The position numbers and the translations under genes were made by a program. A DNA stretch of 64,000 nt from Candidatus Omnitrophota bacterium. Its GTDB lineage: Bacteria > Omnitrophota > Omnitrophia > Omnitrophales > Aquincolibacteriaceae. Positions 56,407-64,000 of the stretch are shown one piece after another. The notes below the pieces were generated by a model. The model saw only the letters and a program-made list of their open reading frames with translations, did no database searches and was not told the origin of the DNA. Within the stretch, counting starts at the first letter, position 1, and every line of letters begins with the position of its first letter. Location: positions 7,947-71,946 of the forward strand of contig JAFGHI010000045.1 of assembly GCA_016930235.1 (NCBI GenBank), in the 5' to 3' direction.

Positions 56407-57594
56407 ATGATTCGTACGCGTTTTTATTCCCTTTTCTTTGTTGTCGCGCTATCCTTATGGCCTTTTTCGGGAGACCGGGAGAAGGAAATTAAACCCTCCA
56501 GCATGGAAATTCCCAGCCAAGTCGATCAATTTCAAGTTATGCGTATTTTATTGTTCAAAGAAAAGGCAGGCGGGGTTGTGATCCAAACGGATGATCCTTT
56601 TATGGTGCTGGACCGGGAAGGAAGAGTCCTCTTGAAGGGAGAGAACCTGGCGCCGACAGCGGTCAAGACAGACTTGAGGGGGGTCCAAATCGGGGTTCAA
56701 GTTTTCAGGAATGCCCCGATATTTTTCCAGAGTCTGGGTGAGGGGGTCCACATCGAGAATAAATCCTATCGTGATACCCTGGCCTTTTGGCCGGATCCGC
56801 CGGACAAGCTCACGGTCGTCAATCATTTGGACATGAGCGATTATTTAAAAGGGGTTTTGCCGTTTGAGATCGATCCCAAGTGGAAAATGGAAACCTTGAA
56901 AGCGCAGGCGGTGGCCAGCCGGACCTTTGCTTTGTTTCGGGCGCTTGAGAATCAATATGAACGCTATGACGTTACGGCGGGGGTGATGAGCCAGGTTTAT
57001 GCCGGGAAAGTGGTTGAGCATCCCTCGACGGATCAGGCGGTCGAAGCTACCCGGGGGGAAATCTTGACGTTTCAGGGGAAGATTTTCCCGGCCTTTTTCC
57101 ATTCGACTTGCGGCGGGGCGACCACTGCGGCTCATGATGTTTGGCCGATCGAATCCCATCCTGCTTTACAAAGTGTCCGCTGCGATGTCTGCCGCGCATC
57201 GAAACATTTTTATTGGAAATCGGATTTTAGTTTGTCCGAGATTGAAAAGAAACTTAATGAAAAAGGATACAGTGTTTCCGGTGTGTTTAATTTTGCCCCG
57301 GTTGATTATGATTCAAGCGGGCGGGGGCGTTTTTTTGTGATTGAGTACTCAGGGGGCAAGCTGAAAATCAAGTCCGATGAATTTCGTTTGATGATGGACC
57401 CTTCGAAGTTTCGCAGTACTTTGATCAAGTCATGGGATATTCGGGAAGGGCATCTTTATCTTGAAGGACAAGGCTGGGGGCATGGTGTGGGGATGTGTCA
57501 GTACGGCGCAAAACGTCTTGGAGAGCTGGGTTATACTTATCTTCAGATTCTGGATTATTATTATCCAAGGGCCGATATTACGGTGGTTTGGTAG
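56407..57594 (+). CDS. SpoIID/LytB-domain protein
   Basis: YLKGVLPFE, LKAQAVASRT, SQVY, FHSTCGG, GWGHGVGMCQYGA, IL.YYY. Confidence 0.9.
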   Translation: MIRTRFYSLFFVVALSLWPFSGDREKEIKPSSMEIPSQVDQFQVMRILLFKEKAGGVVIQTDDPFMVLDREGRVLLKGENLAPTAVKTDLRGVQIGVQVFRNAPIFFQSLGEGVHIENKSYRDTLAFWPDPPDKLTVVNHLDMSDYLKGVLPFEIDPKWKMETLKAQAVASRTFALFRALENQYERYDVTAGVMSQVYAGKVVEHPSTDQAVEATRGEILTFQGKIFPAFFHSTCGGATTAAHDVWPIESHPALQSVRCDVCRASKHFYWKSDFSLSEIEKKLNEKGYSVSGVFNFAPVDYDSSGRGRFFVIEYSGGKLKIKSDEFRLMMDPSKFRSTLIKSWDIREGHLYLEGQGWGHGVGMCQYGAKRLGELGYTYLQILDYYYPRADITVVW

Positions 57595-57687
57595 GGTGGA
57601 AAACACAGAGCGAAGAGGCAGGAAGTAAGAGGTGCAAAGTAGGTGTGTGGAATTTTGGCCCGCGCTTTTCCTGTTACGTGACGAAAG

Positions 57688-57716
57688 TTGCAAACGTCCC
57701 ACCCTCTCGTTACAAT
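57688..57716 (+). promoter_or_regulatory. Putative sigma70 promoter of tRNA-Arg
   Basis: TTGCAA-17 nt-TACAAT. Confidence 0.6.
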
Positions 57717-57840
57717 ACGTCTTTCGCGTGCGCCCGCCGTACTACGTTCCTTCGGAGCTTCGCAGGGCTGCTACGTTGGAGTTAGTACGCTAACGAAGTT
57801 TTCTCACGTAGAGTGTTGGTTACTGTATTCAAAGGTTTGT

Positions 57841-57914
57841 GCGCCCGTAGCTCAATTGGATAGAGCGCTACCCTCCGGAGGTAGAGGTTGGTGGTTCGAC
57901 CCCACTCGGGCGCG
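57841..57914 (+). tRNA. tRNA-Arg(CCG); CCA not encoded
   Basis: Acceptor GCGCCCG/CGGGCGC; D-arm GCTC..GAGC; anticodon arm CTACC-CTCCGGA-GGTAG; T-arm GGTGG-TTCGACC-CCACT. Confidence 0.96.
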
Positions 57915-58045
57915 AAAAATTATATATTTCATAAATGAGGGTGATTCAGGTGCGATAAGTTTTATACGCATTAATTCGTAACCTGCAGCCCCGTCGAAGT
58001 CGGGGCGTGCTTATAGCTTAGTCAAAAGAGATTTTAAGAAGACAA

Positions 58046-58720
58046 ATGAAACCATCTCATATTTTTAATGCTGTCCTGACGCTCTTGGTGGTGGTCGTTT
58101 TTCTAACGGTTGGTTTCTGGGTCAATCGCTGGCTTGAGGAGAATCGGATTTTAAGGGAAGTGATTGAGCGTTTATCAGCCGATTCAAGGGTTGCCGAAGT
58201 CCTTGTGACACGCAGCGAATATGACGAAGAAACCAAAAAGGTCATGACGACGATCAAATTCCTGGAGTTCGGCGCACAGGGCAAGCCGTTAGCCCCAAAA
58301 TATTTTTCGTTTCACGGAAATATCATCCAGTTTCAGGCGCTTGTCGTCCGCTTCAGGGATGATTTGGTGAAATCCGGCGATCGCTTGCGGGGGAAAAGCG
58401 TCTATCTTTTTATGAAGGCCTTTGTGCTGGAAGATGAAAAGACGCAGGTGTTTGATATTACAAAGGCACACGAAATTCCTGCCGGGTATAAAGTGGAAGG
58501 GGAAAAGTCAGAATTGGAATCAAAGTTGTGGCAGAAGTTTTGGGATTACGCCTTGGATCCGGCAGAACGGGACCGGGCCGGGATTAAAAACGCCCAAATT
58601 GAGGCGCCCGGGTCGCTTTTTTTACCGGGGACAATTTATACGCTGGTGATTGAACATGACGGCGGTCTTCGTATCGATACACGCCCCGTCCCTGAGATCC
58701 TAAAAGGAGAAAAACTCTAG
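58046..58720 (+). CDS. Membrane-anchored hypothetical protein
   Basis: 224 aa, single N-terminal TM helix, coupled to the next gene. Confidence 0.75.
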   Translation: MKPSHIFNAVLTLLVVVVFLTVGFWVNRWLEENRILREVIERLSADSRVAEVLVTRSEYDEETKKVMTTIKFLEFGAQGKPLAPKYFSFHGNIIQFQALVVRFRDDLVKSGDRLRGKSVYLFMKAFVLEDEKTQVFDITKAHEIPAGYKVEGEKSELESKLWQKFWDYALDPAERDRAGIKNAQIEAPGSLFLPGTIYTLVIEHDGGLRIDTRPVPEILKGEKL

Positions 58721-59235
58721 TGGTTTCCCACACCGTAGCTGTTTTTGGAAGTGCGAAGGCAAGTCAATCGGATTACGACAAGGCATTCCAAGTTGGCCGG
58801 GCTTTGGCCGAGAGCGGTTATGTTGTGTGTAACGGTGGTTATGGCGGTGTGATGGAAGCTTCTGCCAAAGGGGCGAAGGAAGCGGGCGGGAACACAATCG
58901 GGGTAACCATTGACAATTCACCGAGATCCTGTAATCGCTGGATTGACGAAGAAAGGAAGATGAAGGATTGGCAGTCGCGTTTATTTGGGCTCATTGAAAC
59001 AGGGGATGCTTGCGTCGTGATGGACGGCGGGACAGGGACTTTGACGGAGGTCTTTGTTGCCTGGGAAATGGTGAATCAGGGTTTGATTCAAAAGCCGCTT
59101 ATTTTATACGGTGATTTTTTGAAGCGTTGGGCCAAAGAGTTGATGAAAAAGGATTACGTTATTTTTAATGATTACATCTATTTTGCGGAATCACTCGATG
59201 ATATCCTCGGTTATCTTAAGGAATCTTTGAAGTAA
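58720..59235 (+). CDS. LOG/SLOG-family nucleotide-binding protein
   Basis: VAVFGSA, GGYGGVMEA, GGTGTLTE. Confidence 0.85.
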   Translation: MVSHTVAVFGSAKASQSDYDKAFQVGRALAESGYVVCNGGYGGVMEASAKGAKEAGGNTIGVTIDNSPRSCNRWIDEERKMKDWQSRLFGLIETGDACVVMDGGTGTLTEVFVAWEMVNQGLIQKPLILYGDFLKRWAKELMKKDYVIFNDYIYFAESLDDILGYLKESLK

Positions 59236-59250
59236 GGCGGTTTCCCCTTC

Positions 59251-60297
59251 ATGTTAAAACTTTCCGAATTTGATTATGAGTTATCCAAGGATTTGATTGC
59301 GCTCGAGCCCCCTCCGAGAAGGCCGGAAGCGCGGTTGCTCTATGTTTCGCGAAACGGCGAAGAAATATCTCATCACCGCTTTGATGATCTCCTGGGATTT
59401 TTGACAAAAGGAGATATTCTCGTTTTAAACAATACCAAGGTGATTCCGGCAAGGCTTTTCGGCAGGAAGGCGACAGGCGGAAAAATCGAGGGTTTTCTGT
59501 TGGAGGAAAATCCGAATCACGAGTGGCGTGTGTTATTAAGGCCGGGCGGCCGCGTTTCGAAAGGAGCTCATTTGGTTTTTGGAGAAAACGGAATTTCTCT
59601 TCAGGCCGAAGTCTTGAATGATCCTTGCCCCAATAGTGTTGAAAGGATTCTTCGATTCTTAGGCGGGTCCGAAGAGATTCAGGAGAAGATCCGTAAGATC
59701 GGTCATGTTCCTTTACCGCCGTACATCAATCGGCCGGACAACGATTTGGACAGGGAACTTTATCAAACTGTGTTTGCAGAGAAAGAAGGGGCGGTCGCTT
59801 CGCCGACGGCGGGACTTCATTTTGACCGGAATTTGCTGGATCAAATTTCGAACCGCGGGGTTGAAATCGTTTATGTGACTCTTCATGTAAGTTACGCGAC
59901 ATTCCGTCCCATTCACGTTGAAGAAATCGAGAAGCACGAAATGTTTGAGGAGAGATTTGAAGTGACCCGGGAAGCGGCACGGCAGTTAAACTGTGGTCTG
60001 AAAGAAGGCCGGCGAATAATTGCTTGCGGGACAACATCGGTCAGGACTCTGGAATCGGCGGTCAATGTTGCCGGAGAGATTGTCCCCCAACAAGGAAAGA
60101 CAAGGCTTTTTATTTATCCTCCTTATCCCTTTAAAGTGGTTCAAGGATTGATTACCAATTTCCATCTTCCGAAGAGCAGTCTTTTACTGCTCGTGGCGGC
60201 TTTTTTGGGAAAAGACAAACTCTTTCGGGCCTACGAAGAAGCGATTCAAAAAGGGTACCGTTTTTACAGTTACGGCGATGCCATGGTTATTTTATGA
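59251..60297 (+). CDS. queA: S-adenosylmethionine:tRNA ribosyltransferase-isomerase
   Basis: NNTKVIPARL, PLPPYI, YQTVFA, PTAGLHF, TNFHLPKS, YRFYSYGDAM. Confidence 0.96.
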   Translation: MLKLSEFDYELSKDLIALEPPPRRPEARLLYVSRNGEEISHHRFDDLLGFLTKGDILVLNNTKVIPARLFGRKATGGKIEGFLLEENPNHEWRVLLRPGGRVSKGAHLVFGENGISLQAEVLNDPCPNSVERILRFLGGSEEIQEKIRKIGHVPLPPYINRPDNDLDRELYQTVFAEKEGAVASPTAGLHFDRNLLDQISNRGVEIVYVTLHVSYATFRPIHVEEIEKHEMFEERFEVTREAARQLNCGLKEGRRIIACGTTSVRTLESAVNVAGEIVPQQGKTRLFIYPPYPFKVVQGLITNFHLPKSSLLLLVAAFLGKDKLFRAYEEAIQKGYRFYSYGDAMVIL

Positions 60298-61445
60298 AGA
60301 CGGTGGCCAAGAGGAAGTTTGACAATAAAACATTTGGGTTTGAGGTGACGGCACGTGATCCGAAGACTCATGCGCGTGCGGGGCTTATGACAACTGCCCA
60401 CGGAGTTGTTGAGACGCCTGTTTTTATGCCCGTTGGGACTCAAGGGACCGTCAAAGCATTGACGCCAAGGGACCTTCAGGAAGCGGGTGCTGAAATTATC
60501 CTTGGGAATACCTACCATCTTTACATTCGGCCGGGGATCGATATAATCCAAAAATTCGGTAGCCTTCACCGGTTTATGGCCTGGGAGGGTCCCATCCTGA
60601 CCGATAGCGGCGGGTTCCAGGTTTTTTCTTTGAGCCGTTTGCGGGAAATCTCGGAAGAAGGTGCGCGGTTTCATTCCTACTTTGACGGGAAGGAAATATT
60701 TCTGACTCCTGAAAAGGTGATTGAGATCCAGGAGGCGATCGCAAGTGATATTGCGATGATCTTTGACGAATGCCCGCCGGCAACACAGGATAAAAAAAGA
60801 ATCCGCCATTCTTTGGAATTAACCCTTCGGTGGTCCGAGCGGGCCAGGAAACATCATAAGCGTCCCGACCAGGCATTGTTCGGAATTATCCAGGGCGGCA
60901 TTTTTAATGATTTGAGAAAGGAATCCCTCGAAAGAACAGTGGAAATGGATTTTGACGGTTATGCCCTCGGGGGATTGTGTGTCGGAGAATTAAAAGACCA
61001 GATGCTTGATGTGATTTCGACGGTGACTCCCAAGATGCCTGAAGACAAACCGCGGTATCTGATGGGGATCGGGACGCCGGTCGATTTCCTGGATTCGATT
61101 GAACAAGGGGCTGATCTTTTTGATTGCGTGAATCCGACCCGCTACGGACGTAACGGAACGGCTTTTACGCGTGGCGGCCTGCGGGTTGTCCGTAACGGCA
61201 AGTATCAAAAGGACGAAAAACCGATCGAGGAAGGCTGCACTTGTTACACTTGCCGTCATTTTTCGAGGGCTTATTTAAGGCACCTCCTCAATGCCGAAGA
61301 GATGCTGGGGCCACAGCTTGTGTCGATTCATAACGTGACTTTTTTTGTGCAGTTTGTCCGCTCGATCCGCCAAGCGATCCGGGAGGGCCGTTTTCTGAAA
61401 TTTAAAAAAGATTTTTTGAATAATTTTTCTTTCGAAAGCCGATAA
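60294..61445 (+). CDS. tgt: Queuine tRNA-ribosyltransferase
   Basis: TPVFMPVGT, NTYHL, TDSGGFQVFSL, PRYLMG, DCV.PTR, CTCYTC, HN. Confidence 0.96.
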   Translation: MKTVAKRKFDNKTFGFEVTARDPKTHARAGLMTTAHGVVETPVFMPVGTQGTVKALTPRDLQEAGAEIILGNTYHLYIRPGIDIIQKFGSLHRFMAWEGPILTDSGGFQVFSLSRLREISEEGARFHSYFDGKEIFLTPEKVIEIQEAIASDIAMIFDECPPATQDKKRIRHSLELTLRWSERARKHHKRPDQALFGIIQGGIFNDLRKESLERTVEMDFDGYALGGLCVGELKDQMLDVISTVTPKMPEDKPRYLMGIGTPVDFLDSIEQGADLFDCVNPTRYGRNGTAFTRGGLRVVRNGKYQKDEKPIEEGCTCYTCRHFSRAYLRHLLNAEEMLGPQLVSIHNVTFFVQFVRSIRQAIREGRFLKFKKDFLNNFSFESR

Positions 61446-61480
61446 TGAAATGATATTCTAGGAACCCAAAAGGAGCCGAC

Positions 61481-61801
61481 ATGTTTGAGAAGATAGCTTA
61501 TGCAGCCACACCCGCAGGACAACCGGAGATGAACCCTTTGGCGAGTTTTTTTCCGTTTATTCTGATTATCATTATTTTTTATATCTTCCTTATTCGCCCG
61601 CAGCAGAAACGCCAGAAAGATGTTCAGACGATGGTGGATAACTTAAAAAAAGGTGACCGCGTGATTACCGCCGGCGGGATTATCGGGACAGTTACAAGTA
61701 TTCAAAAAGATTATGTTGTGATCAAGACGAGCGATCATGAGGGCTCAAAAATGGAAGTTTTAAAAAGCGCTATTAGCGGTTTACGCCAACAGGGGGAATA
61801 A
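61481..61801 (+). CDS. yajC: Preprotein translocase subunit YajC
   Basis: FYIFLIRPQQKR, LKKGDRVITAGG. Confidence 0.95.
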   Translation: MFEKIAYAATPAGQPEMNPLASFFPFILIIIIFYIFLIRPQQKRQKDVQTMVDNLKKGDRVITAGGIIGTVTSIQKDYVVIKTSDHEGSKMEVLKSAISGLRQQGE

Positions 61802-63975
61802 TGGATAAATTCTTTAAATGGAAAGTCGTCATCATTGTTTTAGTGGTCGCTTTTTCGATCTGGAAGGCTTATCCGCCTCAGGACAAGATTAATCTCGGTC
61901 TGGATCTTCAAGGAGGGATGCAGCTTCTCCTGGAGGTTGATCTGGAAAAAATCCCCGAAGATGCCCGCGACGATGCGACCGACCGCGTGGTTGAAATTAT
62001 CCGCAACCGCATCGATGAATTCGGAGTCCGTGAGCCGGTGATCGCTAAACAGGGAAGTTCACAGGTGATTGTTCAGCTTCCCGGGGTGACCGACCGCGAT
62101 CGTGCCAAGGATATTGTGGGCAAGACCGCTCATCTGGAATTCAAGTTGGTTTCCGAGGATGCGGCACTCATCAAACAAGCCGAGGAAGGAACTGTCCCTG
62201 AGGGTTATGAATATAAGGAAATGAAAGGTCAGATGGGGACGACAAGCCACCTGCTATTACATGCCGAGGCGTCCCTAACGGGTGAACACTTGACGACAGC
62301 CACTGTTGGGTTTGATCAATATGGGCAGCCGATTGTTCAGCTGGAGTTGGATAAGGACGGCGCCAAGGCTTTTGATAAATTGACCTTTGAGAATATCGGC
62401 AGGCAACTTTCGATCGTTCTTGACGGCAGGGTCCACTCGGCCCCCGTGATCCGGGACAGGATTCCGAACGGCCAGGCGCAGATTTCCGGAAATTTTACGG
62501 CTGAAGAAGCAAGCGACCTTGCTTTGGTCTTAAGGGCCGGTGCTTTGCCTGCTCCTGTCAACGTGATTGAGGAAAGGACCGTCGGACCGAGTCTCGGGCG
62601 TGATTCGACCCAAAAAGGTGTTCGTGCCGGGATCATCGGGGCGATTCTGATTTTCCTTTTCATGCCGATTTATTATTTCTTCGCAGGGTTTATGGCCAAT
62701 CTGGGTTTGGTCGTTTACGGGATTGTGGTGATCGGATCCCTGGCGGCTTTTCAGGCTTCCTTGACCTTGCCCGGTATTGCCGGGTTTATTCTTTCAATTG
62801 GTATGGCTGTGGATGCCAATGTGCTCATTTTTGAGAGGATCCGTGAAGAACATGAAACCGGTAAGACAGCCCGAGCGTCTATTTCAGCGGGGTTTCATAA
62901 AGCATTTTCCGCCATTTTGGATTCGAACGTAACGACCCTTTTGACATCTCTGATCCTTTTTATTTTTGGGACGGGACCGGTCAAAGGGTTTGCCGTAACG
63001 TTGAGTATCGGTATTATTGCGAGTATGTTCACTGCCCTTGTGGTTGTCCGGGTCCTTTTCGATTTCTCTGCGAAGAAGAATCCCAATCTCAAATTAAATA
63101 TGCTCAAACTGATCGGGTCAACGCATATCCCTTTTTTGAAGGGGAGGTTTTTTGCGTACGGGTTTTCTGTGCTTACGATCATCATCGGGATTGCGGCCTT
63201 TTTGATGAGGGGACAGGAAAATTACGGGGTCGAATTTACCGGCGGGACTTTTGCCCAAATTCAGTTTCAACAATCCCTGGAGATCTCGAAGTTACGGATT
63301 ATGCTGGATAAAGAAGGTGAACGCGGAGCCGTCATCCAAAGGATTGGCAGTGAAGCGGACAGCCAGTTTGTGATCAAATCTTCGGCGGAAGATACCGCCG
63401 GAATTGAAAACGTAGCTCGTGAGATTGCGGGTGAGGGAGGGTATAAAATTTTGAAGGTGGATCGAATCGGTCCGGCCGTCAGTCTTGATTTAAAAAAGAA
63501 AGCCATACTGGCTGTGTGCTGGGCGAGCGTCGGGATTCTGATTTATCTGGGGTGGCGATTTGAATGGAAATTTGCTCTTGCGGCCGTCATCGCAATGCTT
63601 CACGATACGATTTTTACGTTCGGTGTTTATGCTTTAAGCGGCCGGGAAATCAATTTGCCCATTATCGCCGCGATTCTGACGATCATGGGTTATTCGGTGA
63701 ACGATACCATTGTCAATTTTGATCGGATCCGGGACAATTTAAAGCTGATGCGCCGCACGCCTTTTGAAAAGATTGTGGACACGAGCATCAATCAAATGTT
63801 GAGCCGGACGATTTTGACGACCGTGACGACGCTGCTGGCGGCTTTTGCGCTTTTTCTTTTTGGGGGAAGCTCAATCCAGGATTTTGCCTTTATCCTCTTA
63901 ATCGGTTTTGCGGTGGGTGTTTATTCCAGTATCTTTGTCGCTTCAGCCCTTGTCGTGGATTGGAAGGCTCATTGA
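61801..63975 (+). CDS. secDF: Fused protein translocase subunit SecDF
   Basis: LGLDLQGG, RID..GV.EP, VGPSLG, GMAVDANV, then SecF motifs EFTGG, HD, GYSVNDT, RT..T. Confidence 0.95.
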   Translation: MDKFFKWKVVIIVLVVAFSIWKAYPPQDKINLGLDLQGGMQLLLEVDLEKIPEDARDDATDRVVEIIRNRIDEFGVREPVIAKQGSSQVIVQLPGVTDRDRAKDIVGKTAHLEFKLVSEDAALIKQAEEGTVPEGYEYKEMKGQMGTTSHLLLHAEASLTGEHLTTATVGFDQYGQPIVQLELDKDGAKAFDKLTFENIGRQLSIVLDGRVHSAPVIRDRIPNGQAQISGNFTAEEASDLALVLRAGALPAPVNVIEERTVGPSLGRDSTQKGVRAGIIGAILIFLFMPIYYFFAGFMANLGLVVYGIVVIGSLAAFQASLTLPGIAGFILSIGMAVDANVLIFERIREEHETGKTARASISAGFHKAFSAILDSNVTTLLTSLILFIFGTGPVKGFAVTLSIGIIASMFTALVVVRVLFDFSAKKNPNLKLNMLKLIGSTHIPFLKGRFFAYGFSVLTIIIGIAAFLMRGQENYGVEFTGGTFAQIQFQQSLEISKLRIMLDKEGERGAVIQRIGSEADSQFVIKSSAEDTAGIENVAREIAGEGGYKILKVDRIGPAVSLDLKKKAILAVCWASVGILIYLGWRFEWKFALAAVIAMLHDTIFTFGVYALSGREINLPIIAAILTIMGYSVNDTIVNFDRIRDNLKLMRRTPFEKIVDTSINQMLSRTILTTVTTLLAAFALFLFGGSSIQDFAFILLIGFAVGVYSSIFVASALVVDWKAH

Positions 63976-64000
63976 AAGTGAGCCTTCCGGCCCGCTAGAA

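Noticed and set aside
14692-57650. CRISPR array interpretation of the short repeats
   Set aside because: Units are 7 nt, degenerate and adjacent, with no unique spacers; no cas genes in the window.
57915-58045. Prophage or genomic island integrated at the tRNA-Arg 3' end
   Set aside because: No integrase and no tRNA 3' duplication seen; housekeeping genes resume at once. Only a short AT-rich stretch and a GCCCCG/CGGGGC hairpin are present.

Overview
A 64-kb bacterial chromosomal segment. Almost every gene is on the + strand; only a DMT transporter and a fused NfnAB/SudBA oxidoreductase are on the - strand. Gene content and style suggest an anaerobic diderm bacterium, possibly Candidatus Omnitrophota or a relative (inference only). 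It is mostly housekeeping: pstA(3' end)-pstB-pstB-phoU, trkAH, an AhbAB-like fusion-thiC-ispG-mqnE-thiF-greA run, nth-queG, csp, GT10/GT4 glycosyltransferases, trxA, apgM, era-panE, a P-loop kinase-dCMP deaminase fusion, ispH, grxC, folM-like SDR-queD-addB-addA, trmI, a SpoIID-family gene, tRNA-Arg(CCG) and queA-tgt-yajC-secDF. The main accessory block (37.6-44.7 kb) has seven type IV pilin-like genes in two modules. Three are PilX-like proteins carrying their own large C-terminal, probably beta-solenoid adhesin, domains, and no PilY1 is present. Other points of note: (1) the two PstB paralogues have complementary degenerate motifs, predicting one dead and one active ATPase site; (2) several intact enzyme homologues have lost catalytic residues; (3) csp has a structured ~215-nt leader; (4) a promoter-hairpin element precedes trkAH; (5) two tandem micro-lipoprotein genes fall below the ORF-track cutoff; (6) several intergenic elements show 7-nt periodicity with inverted arms. 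I saw no CRISPR array, rRNA, integrase or transposase. Family assignments come from motif recognition by eye, not database searches.
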